64,000 nucleotides of DNA, taken from positions 128,468 to 192,467 of the forward strand of contig JAJZZD010000001.1 in NCBI GenBank assembly GCA_021797745.1, given 5' to 3'. The notes beneath the pieces were generated by a model that worked only from the letters and a program-made list of their open reading frames with translations, was not told the origin of the DNA and made no database searches. Below are positions 17,990 through 26,605 of the stretch, one piece after another. Each line of letters starts with the position of its first letter. Positions within the stretch are counted from its first letter, which is position 1. The stretch is from Candidatus Micrarchaeota archaeon (GTDB lineage: Archaea > Micrarchaeota > Micrarchaeia > Micrarchaeales > CABMGC01). The position numbers were made by a program, and so were the translations under genes.

Positions 17990-18425
17990 CACATTCTGCC
18001 CGTGTTGCAAATTAACTAAACTAGTTGCGAAAATTGTAAAAATATGGAAGATATTTAAATCTTAAAGTCCATAATAATAATTGGTGTTAAGGAAAATATA
18101 CTCGTTATATTCCCACCACCTTAACACCACCCACTCTCACCAAATTACTGCCTTGGCCATTTGCCGGTTTTATTCCTATTTTACTACTGAGAACTTAGTC
18201 TAAGACTATTCCTGAAAATAAAAATTCCCTTTGCCGCTATTATTATCTGCGCCCTTTTTTATTTCAGGAAATTTAATTTGTACGCTGCCTTGTGCCTTCT
18301 TTATCATTTTTTTTCATAGCTTCCCGTTTGTCTCCGAATGCAACTTCCGCGGAAAACTCCAGTGACGCAATCTTGCCTGATTTTGTGCAAATTAATTTTC
18401 ATTCCTGCTGAACAAACCATCAGTG

Positions 18426-18496
18426 AGCCAGGAAGGGGAGTCGAACCCCTCTATGCCGCTCTGCAGGCGGCCACATAGCCGATCTGTCATCCTGGC
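18426..18496 (-). tRNA. tRNA-Cys(GCA): tRNA-Cys (anticodon GCA)
   Basis: Hand fold: acceptor GCCAGGA/UCCUGGC, anticodon stem GCCGC/GCGGC with loop CU-GCA-GA, T arm AGGGG-UUCGACU-CCCCU, discriminator U as expected for Cys. Confidence 0.85.
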
Positions 18497-18565
18497 AGCA
18501 ATGCGTGCTGTTTTTGCGTTTCAGTGGTTATCGCCGCGGTTCAGCTATCTTATTAATTATTAACT

Positions 18566-18575
18566 TTTTATATTA
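18566..18575 (+). promoter_or_regulatory. TATA box candidate for the CBS/HPF-like gene
   Basis: ttttatatta centred about 27 nt upstream of ATG 18597. Confidence 0.45.
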
Positions 18576-18596
18576 ATCTGTCTTTTCGGTGACTCT

Positions 18597-19730
18597 ATGA
18601 ATTTGGACATTAAACTACCTGCGGAGTTCGTTTCAAAAGCGGAGGTTTGCGATTATAAAACGCCCATAACTGAGATTATAGGAAAAATAAGGTCGCGGGG
18701 CTCAGTAGTGGTGATGAAGGACGGGGAATATTTCGGGGTGGTGAACGGAAAGACAATAGCCGAAGGCGGCTTCGCTAAGCTTGCAAAGGACTCTGTCGGA
18801 AAATTTGCCGACAGGGTCGCAGCTGCGGGAACAGATATCACCATCGAAAACGCAATAAGCAGCCTCTACAATTCCGAGATTGACGCGCTCCCGATCAGGG
18901 ACGGCAAGAAGATAATCGGGATAGTGAGAAGGGAAAAGATACTCGAATCGATTCTTTCGCTCCATGCCCTTTCGAAGGTAAGTGTTGAGGACATAATGGT
19001 TTCCCCAATAATAGACATAGACTCTAATGCCAATGTAGCTGCTGCAATCGCACTCATGCAGCAGAAGAAGATAAAGCGGCTCGTGGTAAACGACAGGGGA
19101 AAGCCTGCAGGCATAATAACGCAGAACGACATACTTTTCTCTCTCTCAAGGCCAGAGGAGAGGCTACCTGAGCTTAAGGTTGACGCGCATTCGCTGGAAA
19201 ATATTAGCGTCGGCAGCGTTGCTAACATGTACCTCAACACCGTATCTTATGACGAAAAAATAGATGCGGCGATAAAAATCTTCATAGAAAAAAAGGTAAG
19301 TTCAGTAGTTGCGATGAGAGGCGGCAGTGCAGTAGGGCTCATTACCGTTAGGGACGTACTCAAAGCAGCGATGCCAAAACCAGCAACAATTGATTCGCAA
19401 ATCATAATATCAGGATTGGACGACCGCACCAAGGAATTCGAAAATGAAATGAGGTCGCAAATAGGCAACTTCATAAGCAAGGCCGACAAGTTTTCGAGCC
19501 CAAGGCTAAAAATAGTAGAGATAAATGTTAAAAGAAAAGCCAGGGTGTATGAAGCTGCAGGCACTATGGAATTCGAAAGGGGCAACGACATACACGCGAA
19601 GGTTACGGCTTATAACACAGAGCAACTGGTGAGCGAGCTCATGGAAAAGCTTTACAAAATCGCTAAGGAAGAGAAGGAGGAAAAGATACACGACAAAAAA
19701 GAGGGCGGGAATGAGTATGAGGAAGAATAG
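18597..19730 (+). CDS. Four CBS motifs (two Bateman modules) fused to a C-terminal HPF/RaiA (ribosome hibernation factor)-like domain
   Basis: CBS-like segments such as IMVSPIIDIDSNANVAAAIALMQQKKIKRLVVNDRGKPAGIITQNDIL. The C-terminal ~100 aa (IIISGLDDRTKEFENEMRSQIGNFISKADKF...IVEINVKRK...GNDIHAKVTAYNTEQLVSELMEKLYKIAKEEKE) aligns by eye with the HPF/YfiA pattern. Confidence 0.7.
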   Translation: MNLDIKLPAEFVSKAEVCDYKTPITEIIGKIRSRGSVVVMKDGEYFGVVNGKTIAEGGFAKLAKDSVGKFADRVAAAGTDITIENAISSLYNSEIDALPIRDGKKIIGIVRREKILESILSLHALSKVSVEDIMVSPIIDIDSNANVAAAIALMQQKKIKRLVVNDRGKPAGIITQNDILFSLSRPEERLPELKVDAHSLENISVGSVANMYLNTVSYDEKIDAAIKIFIEKKVSSVVAMRGGSAVGLITVRDVLKAAMPKPATIDSQIIISGLDDRTKEFENEMRSQIGNFISKADKFSSPRLKIVEINVKRKARVYEAAGTMEFERGNDIHAKVTAYNTEQLVSELMEKLYKIAKEEKEEKIHDKKEGGNEYEEE

Positions 19731-20184
19731 GCTGTTGCAGTCCAGCTTCGAGCTGCTCATAACATTATCTTTCGGTCTGGCGCTCCTGCTTCCTTTAGTC
19801 ATAGTCGCGTTTCTTCAGCTGGCAGGCGCCAACGTGTCGCTTTCTTCTGTCGAGGCGCAGCAGGCAGCGAGCAAGCTTGCAAGCACGGCGACGCTGGTGG
19901 GAAGTGAAGGCGTGCCGGCAAAGCAGCTTGTGCAGATACAGGTTCCCTCGAGCGTGACTTCAATTTATGTCGGAAACGTGAACAACACAACAGGACACGA
20001 GGTTATTTTTGTCGTGAGCTCGCCTTCAGGTTCTAGTTACATAACCGCATACTCTCCGGTAAACATAAGTGGTTCGTTGCAGAGCATAGAGAATGCCGGC
20101 ACGTATCTGGTTAATGTCAGTGCAGTGTCAAGTTGTCCGAGCAATACGCTTATGCCGTGCGTTTACATGTCAGAACGCACATGA
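19711..20184 (+). CDS. Small pilin-like protein with a class III (type IV pilin-type) signal peptide
   Basis: N-terminus MSMRKNRLL-QSSFELLITLSFGLALLLPLVIVAF: charged leader, Q at +1, E at +5, hydrophobic helix. Remainder is Ser/Thr/Val-rich with N-x-S/T sequons. Overlaps the end of the upstream gene by 20 nt. Confidence 0.7.
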   Translation: MSMRKNRLLQSSFELLITLSFGLALLLPLVIVAFLQLAGANVSLSSVEAQQAASKLASTATLVGSEGVPAKQLVQIQVPSSVTSIYVGNVNNTTGHEVIFVVSSPSGSSYITAYSPVNISGSLQSIENAGTYLVNVSAVSSCPSNTLMPCVYMSERT

Positions 20185-20293
20185 CGAGCGCTTTGCGTTG
20201 TGCAGCATGCCGGCGCATCAGCGCCTGCCTGTGGACTGCAGATGTGGACTGAGACGCAAACTGTTGGCGTGTTAAAACGATGTGTGAAATTGC

Positions 20294-23200
20294 ATGAATA
20301 ACTTCGCTGAGAAACATGGATGCGTGAAGCAGCAGAAACGGCAGAAGCAGCAAATTGCCCTCGAATTTCTGATAGTGTTCGCTTTCGTGATGCTGATATT
20401 CACAATACTTTTCGTGCTGATAGCCAACCAAAGGAGCCTTGTCATAAACCAGCAGACTTTCACTGAGGCGCAGCTTATCGCACAGCAGGTATCTGCTGTG
20501 ATAAACACTGCCATACAATCAGGGAGCGGCTATGCCAGCTCCACAATACTCACCGGCTTTATAAACAGCATACCCTACTCGCTTTACGTTTCTAAAAGCG
20601 GTCTTGTGCTTGTCAATTTGACACTCGGCCACCAGGTAATAGAGGCAGTAGCCTATGTGCCTGCACACAGTATCGTAGCGAGCAACTCTATGCTAGTAAC
20701 AGGGTCAAACGTGCTGTATTCGATACCTACTTATAACAGCATAATGACTGTGCAGAACTACCTTGGGCATGTGTGCATAGATTACAACTGCGGCACATCG
20801 AATAATTTTGCGAGCAACATAACGCTCACTGAGCAGGCAGTACACGCTGCTGCTTTCAGCAACGTGAGCAGTTTCATAAGCACCCCTGGCTACAACGCAC
20901 TGCCCACTGGCTCGTCAGCAAGGTCGGTTTTCGCGTGGGTCTATTTCACAGGTGGAATTTCTAACTACACAGTGTTCAGCTACGGAACTGCGGCAACAGG
21001 CGAGATGCTGGATTTGCGCATCCACCACAGGACTCTCCAGGTCGGCACAGGCGCATCGTATTACTCAAGCCCTCTTAACATTTCCAACAATACCTGGACT
21101 TTTGTAGGGCTTACATACGCCGCTGGCTCCTCCAATGTGATAGTTTATGCCAATAGCAGCAGTTCCCAATTTTCGGTTTCAGGTCCGCTGAACACATTTG
21201 GCACAACTGCAGATATAGGCGCACAGGCAGGCTGCAAATGCCAAAACATGAAAGGCTACATAACCAACTTGCAGGTTTACGCTTACAACCTGTCCAAAAG
21301 CCAGGTGCAGAATCAGTACTCGGAAGGAATAGGCGCTTCGCCGCTTACTGGAAATCTTGTGGCATGGTATCCTCTGCAGGGCAACGCCAACGACTACAGC
21401 GGCTACGGAAACAACGGAACTGCACATGGTCCTGTGTTCTATCCTTCTGCAGTAGAATTTTTCGCAAAAGCAGCAAGCTTTTCAATGACTCCAGTGGAAA
21501 ATATCCCAATAGGCTTCGTTGCTTCCTCTGGCTCTTTCACAGATTCCAACACTGCAAACGCACGTGTGTATGTTAACTACACAAATTCAAACGGCGTAGC
21601 CACGGCATTTCTAACGCAAACAGGAAACAATGGACAGGCTTTAGTCACTGCAACCGCTTTCAACGGCAATTCGTCATTGACAGGCAACATCGCCGCGTTC
21701 TGGCCGCTCAACGCGCAGCAGGGCAACAGGCTTTACGATATATCCGGCAATAATGCCAACGGCGCCATAACCTATTCCTCATGGTCCTTGCCTGACTATG
21801 CTAGCTTTTTCGATGGCAGCTCAGCGTATGTGGAAATACCTACCACTTCGCAGCTCAACAGCACAACGTTTACAGTCAGCTTTTGGATGAATCCAAGACT
21901 GTATGGCAATGCGCAGGACAATCTAACGCTGCCAGCAGCAAGTTCTAGCTCAAGCGCAAGCGTTCTTGTGAGCCATACGTACAACAGCATGTGGTGGATG
22001 ACCTTCGGTGATAATAACGAGGTGTCAATGTATGTTGAAAATTCAATCACGCCTTCGCAGTGCTGCCAGTCGGTAATTGCTTACAACGCAGTGCCGCAGC
22101 TAAACAAGTGGTATATGGTAACCGGCATCGCTAATTCCACGTACATTAAAATATACATAAACGGAATGCTCGTGCAGGAGCAGCCGATAATCGGAAGCAT
22201 CCAGGAGGCTGGCAATAGCATTGTGGTAGGAACCGGTTTCGGGGCTCAGGCCACTTCATATGGATATTTCTCCGGCCAGATTTCAAATCTCCAAATTTAC
22301 GACACTGCGCTTACTTCCGCACAGGTTCAGGAGCTTTACAATTCCGGCATCGCCGGGTCTCCGGTTTCCGCCAGTTCCCTTTCAGGATGGTGGCCGCTCG
22401 ATGGCGACGCAAAGGACTACAGCGCGTATCTTAACAACGGCACAGTATTCGGAAACTTGACCAACCTGAATCTTGGCAATCTGCAGAGCACAAACGCAAA
22501 TTATACGTCTCTTCTCTCTGCCAGCTTCAACGGCGTTTCTGACTATAGCTACATATCCACTAATATTTCGCAGGTTAGCAACGCGTTGAGCGTAGCATTG
22601 TGGGTAAACGCAAGCAGCCTTTCAAAGATGACAAGCTCTGACGGCTATTCAATTTTCAACTCTGTAAGCTCTGGCAGCGGCAATCCAGTTTCATTCCTAC
22701 TGAACAATGGCGGCGGGCTTGGGACAAGTGCAGGCTCAGGCGATGAGGAGCTGTGCATAAGCGCAACGTGCTACAACGGTTACGGAATAAGCAACTCATC
22801 CTGGTACTTCCTTGCATTCACGCTGAACCGTGGCAACGCGAGCCTTTACGCAAACGGCGCTCCCCCTTACAACATATCCGTTCTCACTGGACCTTACTCA
22901 ATCAATTCGCTTTCTCTGGCTAAATCTGCGCTAGGAATAAGTGGATTCACAGGCAACATGTCGAATGTACAGATATATAGCAAGGCTCTCAGCCCGCAGC
23001 AGATTTACCGGATATATTCGAGCGGCATTTCCGGCATTCCTGTGAATTACTCTTCACAAAACACTAACCTTGTGGCATGGTATCCTCTGCAGGGCAACGC
23101 CAACGACATGAGTGCAAACATGAACAGCGGCATTCCCAGCAACGTAGCATATGCAAATACGGGATTCGTGAATAGCCATCTTGTAAACACGCAGGGAGGC

Positions 23201-23767
23201 TATGGGATAAACCTGAATGGCAACAGCAGCTACGCGTTTACCTCGACAAACGTGGCACTGGGCACAAACACAATGACGGCAGTCGCGTGGGTGTATCCTG
23301 AACAGATACGCGGGACAAGCGGACCCATAAAGATAATACTGAGTTCAAAACAGGCGCAGAACGGTGGTTTTGTCCTTGCGATACAAAACGGCAGCAGCAA
23401 TAATTACTTCTCTGCGAATTTCTCAGTGTATGCTAACGCCAAATGGAACAAGGTCACAACGCCCACGGCCTTGAATCCGTATGACGATTGGTACCAGATA
23501 GCAGGCGTGTACAACAACTCATATATAGGAATCTACATCAACGGCGTTCTCATGAACAAAACGGCTCTGACTGGCGCGATAAACCAGCCTGCCGGTGTAA
23601 CAAGCATAGGCGGCAATAACGGTAACACCACAGACTACTTTGCCGGAGCAATCGCAGATGTGCAGGTATATTCTGTTGCTCTGACGCAGCAGCAGCTTCT
23701 TCAGCTTTATGCGTATGGAATGCCTCCGTATGCGCGCGCAATAGCACAGTTTTCGGTGATAAATTGA
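20294..23767 (+). CDS. Giant pilin-signal-bearing surface protein with four LamG (concanavalin A-like, Laminin_G_3 type) domains
   Basis: N-terminus KQ-QIALEFLIVFAFVMLIFTILFVLI (Q+1, E+5). Four domain-end signatures (G.I(T/S)N(L/V)Q(V/I)Y...LS..Q...(L)Y..G). Domain-start modules of the type WYPLQGNANDYSGYGNNGT. About 30 N-x-S/T sequons by hand count. Confidence 0.85.
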   Translation: MNNFAEKHGCVKQQKRQKQQIALEFLIVFAFVMLIFTILFVLIANQRSLVINQQTFTEAQLIAQQVSAVINTAIQSGSGYASSTILTGFINSIPYSLYVSKSGLVLVNLTLGHQVIEAVAYVPAHSIVASNSMLVTGSNVLYSIPTYNSIMTVQNYLGHVCIDYNCGTSNNFASNITLTEQAVHAAAFSNVSSFISTPGYNALPTGSSARSVFAWVYFTGGISNYTVFSYGTAATGEMLDLRIHHRTLQVGTGASYYSSPLNISNNTWTFVGLTYAAGSSNVIVYANSSSSQFSVSGPLNTFGTTADIGAQAGCKCQNMKGYITNLQVYAYNLSKSQVQNQYSEGIGASPLTGNLVAWYPLQGNANDYSGYGNNGTAHGPVFYPSAVEFFAKAASFSMTPVENIPIGFVASSGSFTDSNTANARVYVNYTNSNGVATAFLTQTGNNGQALVTATAFNGNSSLTGNIAAFWPLNAQQGNRLYDISGNNANGAITYSSWSLPDYASFFDGSSAYVEIPTTSQLNSTTFTVSFWMNPRLYGNAQDNLTLPAASSSSSASVLVSHTYNSMWWMTFGDNNEVSMYVENSITPSQCCQSVIAYNAVPQLNKWYMVTGIANSTYIKIYINGMLVQEQPIIGSIQEAGNSIVVGTGFGAQATSYGYFSGQISNLQIYDTALTSAQVQELYNSGIAGSPVSASSLSGWWPLDGDAKDYSAYLNNGTVFGNLTNLNLGNLQSTNANYTSLLSASFNGVSDYSYISTNISQVSNALSVALWVNASSLSKMTSSDGYSIFNSVSSGSGNPVSFLLNNGGGLGTSAGSGDEELCISATCYNGYGISNSSWYFLAFTLNRGNASLYANGAPPYNISVLTGPYSINSLSLAKSALGISGFTGNMSNVQIYSKALSPQQIYRIYSSGISGIPVNYSSQNTNLVAWYPLQGNANDMSANMNSGIPSNVAYANTGFVNSHLVNTQGGYGINLNGNSSYAFTSTNVALGTNTMTAVAWVYPEQIRGTSGPIKIILSSKQAQNGGFVLAIQNGSSNNYFSANFSVYANAKWNKVTTPTALNPYDDWYQIAGVYNNSYIGIYINGVLMNKTALTGAINQPAGVTSIGGNNGNTTDYFAGAIADVQVYSVALTQQQLLQLYAYGMPPYARAIAQFSVIN
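21361..21424 (+). repeat. 64 bp segment identical to 29020..29083 (encodes WYPLQGNANDYSGYGNNGTA)
   Basis: Base-by-base comparison: ggcatggtatcctctgcagggcaacgccaacgactacagcggctacggaaacaacggaactgca occurs at both sites. Flanking sequence diverges immediately. Confidence 0.9.
23069..23107 (+). repeat. 39 bp segment identical to 21356..21394 (third copy of the WYPLQGNAND module)
   Basis: cttgtggcatggtatcctctgcagggcaacgccaacgac is present at both positions. Confidence 0.9.
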
Positions 23768-23781
23768 ATGCGGCTGACTCG

Positions 23782-24321
23782 ATGAAACTTCAGTTCTGGT
23801 CTTTCGACGTAGTGTTTTCTATGGTCGTTTTCAGCGGAGCGCTCATGCTGCTTACGCTCGTGTGGTACAACCAGAGCAACCAGTTCTCGTCGACATACGG
23901 GCTTGAGGTGTTAAGCATACAGGCGCAGCTGCTCAGCCTCCAGAACCGCATAATGATGCAAGGTTCGCCTTACAACTGGTATTCCGTACTAAATGCAGCT
24001 GACAAAGCCACGTGGAGCAACATAAGCATAGGAATAGGCACAGGCATAGGCAACAACATTTCTACAAGCAGACTTGATGCGCTCATGTCAATAGCGTCGT
24101 TCAATTACACATCTTACCAGAATTCGAAGCAGATGCTAGGCATAGGGTACGACTATCTGCTAAACATAACCGGTACAAATATACACATCCTTATAGGGAG
24201 AAATCCTGCTGCTTTCAACGCCACTTCAGTGCAGACTGCAAGCATGCCAATATTCATAGAGGGAAATCCCGCGAATATGAAAATAGAACTGTGGACAAAC
24301 ACCACGTTAGGCGTTAGCTGA
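23782..24321 (+). CDS. Small pilin-like protein (N-terminal hydrophobic class III-like signal)
   Basis: MK-LQFWSFDVVFSMVVFSGALMLLTLVW followed by a polar domain with sequons. Tightly packed after the 1157 aa gene. ATG 23782 preferred over TTG 23764. Confidence 0.6.
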   Translation: MKLQFWSFDVVFSMVVFSGALMLLTLVWYNQSNQFSSTYGLEVLSIQAQLLSLQNRIMMQGSPYNWYSVLNAADKATWSNISIGIGTGIGNNISTSRLDALMSIASFNYTSYQNSKQMLGIGYDYLLNITGTNIHILIGRNPAAFNATSVQTASMPIFIEGNPANMKIELWTNTTLGVS

Positions 24322-24426
24322 CATTCAGCGTTAAAAAGATAAAAAAGAAAAAGCAAAAAAAGAGAAATAAAAAGATGGAAAAATAAAACAAAACGGCGGT
24401 AAAAAGGAAATCACGATGATGTAATC

Positions 24427-26604
24427 ATGGGAAACATAAAACAAATGAAAGGATTGGTTTTCACCCTTGACGCAATGTTCGCGTTCATAGTGGTAAGCGT
24501 AGGAATAACGATACTGCTTTTCCTAAACTTCTTTTCACAGGTGCCTGGAAGCTCGCGCTACTCGCAGGTATCATTGACGACCAGCTACCTGCTTTCCACT
24601 GAAATAATGCTGACGCAGAACGCAAGTTCTGTAGCTGCGCAGGTAGTCAGTCAGAACCTCGGTGCCAACGAGTCATGGCCGCAGTTCATGGGCAATTCGC
24701 AGAGGCAGGGCAATAATGGCTACGCTCCGTCTCTGCCGTCGGTTTCCTACATATTCAACGCGACGCACAACATACTCACCAACGTTGCGGCGGATTATGG
24801 AAACCTGTATTTTGCCACGCAAAACGCAGTGTTCGCTGTGAATGCCACAAACAACGAAACAGTATGGACTTCGAATAAGGTGACGTCGCCTTACAACTCA
24901 GTTGCGGTTTACCATGGCGACGTATTCATAGCAAATTCAGTGGATCTATTTGCGCTTAATTCCTACAACGGTAACATGGTATGGTCGACTTCGCTAAGCA
25001 GTAATCCCACCTCCCAGCTGCTTGTGTACCAGAATCAGATCGTGCTCGGCGAGGGCAGCAACTCGCTGTATTCATTCTATGCCGGCAACGGAACTTTGGC
25101 ATGGAGCTTTCCATTTAATTCCCCGCCTGTGTTCGCGGCCACTGCAGACGGGAATCTTGCAGTCGTCAACTCATCAGGCTATCTTTTCATGGTAGCAGTT
25201 CCTTCTAACACGTTTTCAGGGAGTAACATAAACGTGCTCTGGAGCAAGCCGCTCGCCACAGCAGGAATAACCACGCAGAACGGGAAGATATTCTCTGCCA
25301 GCGGCAACACTGTGGAGATAACCTACATAAATGAAACAAACCTGCTGGCTCAAAATCTGGGCAGCGGCAACATAATTACTGGTGTAGCATTCGGATACGG
25401 AGATGCAGTATATCAAACCGAACAAAGCGTTTCTGTGCTTAACTTCTCTGGCAAGTTCAAGTACAACTTCTCTGCACCGGCGTATTTCGGCTCTTACATA
25501 GCCAACGCCATACCTGTAGTGTCGAAAAAAGGGATATACACAATATGGTCAAACGGTATTGCAATGCAGAACATCACAAACGGCGATTTGGAATGGTTCA
25601 CTAATATTCCAACTGCGCAGTACAGCGCGCTCTCCAGTTATCTCACTCTGGCATACGGAAGGCTCTATGCTGTTGCAGGCACAAGGCTTATAGCTTATGG
25701 CGCGTGCAACGCAAAAGACACAGAGCAACTGCTTCCTGCGCTCGCAGAATTCTACACCAACTTAGAAGGCGGCTGCGGCCAGTCACTGCTTTACAGCATA
25801 GGTGCGGGCTCGAATTACAGTCTGTCTATTAACGGCACATTCGCGCCGTCCATGCACGTTGCGAAGCTCAATGCAAGCGCATACAACAACAGCGCGTTAG
25901 GCACTAGCGGCTTTTTCCTGTCTAACTCATCGCTCAGCAATCTCAGCTCGTTCACGATAACCGCATGGGTGGATCCTAATGCATACAGCACCAAGCAATA
26001 CACGAGCGACATATACACAATAGGCCCTTTGTCAGGAAACTGGGCGCTCAATTTCTCAATGGGCGCTTCCGGTCAGCTCGCAATAGACGACTACAACGGC
26101 GTTACGTTGAAAAATTTCACCAGCAACATGATAATTCCGCTCAACAAATGGTCGTTCGTTGCTGTAACGTTTAACAACTCAAAGTTCGTGCTCTACGTTA
26201 ACAACAAACAGGCATCTGCGCCTGGCCAGGTTGAAACTGGAAATCACGAGAGTTACATTGGCCTTTACTACCGCGGCTATATCGCCAACATGCAGATATA
26301 CAACACGTCGCTCGGACCTGCACAGATGCAAGACGCCTACCTGTCGGGCATGGCAGGCTTGCCTGTTTCCTATGCGCACCTCATAGGATGGTACCCTCTG
26401 ATGGGCGATGCCAACGACTACAGCGGCTCACACAACACAGGCTATCCTTACCACGCGTCGTGGCCAAATTCAACATATGTGCCTTCGGGACTTTCCAACG
26501 CGCAGCAGGTGAGCAGTTCAAGTGCTGTGATTCCGGTAAGAAACTACAGTGGCAACAAAACAGTGACGAGGCTTAAGAACGTAGGCATTTTGTCCTGGGA
26601 TTGA
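24427..26604 (+). CDS. Pilin-signal-bearing surface protein: PQQ-like beta-propeller repeats plus one LamG domain plus an unpaired C-terminal LamG-start module
   Basis: N-terminus MKG-LVFTLDAMFAFIVVSVGITILLFL. Repeated A.N..NG..VW(S/T) propeller blades (ALNSYNGNMVWS, FYAGNGTLAWS, AVNATNNETVWT, QNITNGDLEWF). LamG end signature GYIANMQIYNTSLGPAQMQDAY, then GWYPLMGDANDYSGSHNTG followed by only about 50 aa. Confidence 0.8.
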   Translation: MGNIKQMKGLVFTLDAMFAFIVVSVGITILLFLNFFSQVPGSSRYSQVSLTTSYLLSTEIMLTQNASSVAAQVVSQNLGANESWPQFMGNSQRQGNNGYAPSLPSVSYIFNATHNILTNVAADYGNLYFATQNAVFAVNATNNETVWTSNKVTSPYNSVAVYHGDVFIANSVDLFALNSYNGNMVWSTSLSSNPTSQLLVYQNQIVLGEGSNSLYSFYAGNGTLAWSFPFNSPPVFAATADGNLAVVNSSGYLFMVAVPSNTFSGSNINVLWSKPLATAGITTQNGKIFSASGNTVEITYINETNLLAQNLGSGNIITGVAFGYGDAVYQTEQSVSVLNFSGKFKYNFSAPAYFGSYIANAIPVVSKKGIYTIWSNGIAMQNITNGDLEWFTNIPTAQYSALSSYLTLAYGRLYAVAGTRLIAYGACNAKDTEQLLPALAEFYTNLEGGCGQSLLYSIGAGSNYSLSINGTFAPSMHVAKLNASAYNNSALGTSGFFLSNSSLSNLSSFTITAWVDPNAYSTKQYTSDIYTIGPLSGNWALNFSMGASGQLAIDDYNGVTLKNFTSNMIIPLNKWSFVAVTFNNSKFVLYVNNKQASAPGQVETGNHESYIGLYYRGYIANMQIYNTSLGPAQMQDAYLSGMAGLPVSYAHLIGWYPLMGDANDYSGSHNTGYPYHASWPNSTYVPSGLSNAQQVSSSSAVIPVRNYSGNKTVTRLKNVGILSWD

Positions 26605-26605
26605 T

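Noticed and set aside
24322-24426. A-rich stretch (aaaaagataaaaaagaaaaagcaaaaaaagagaaataaaaag...), considered as a possible repeat array or CRISPR leader
   Set aside because: It has no repeat-spacer periodicity. Similar purine-rich spacers occur between other operon genes (59343-59385, 60544-60618, 62003-62089), so it is a normal intercistronic spacer.
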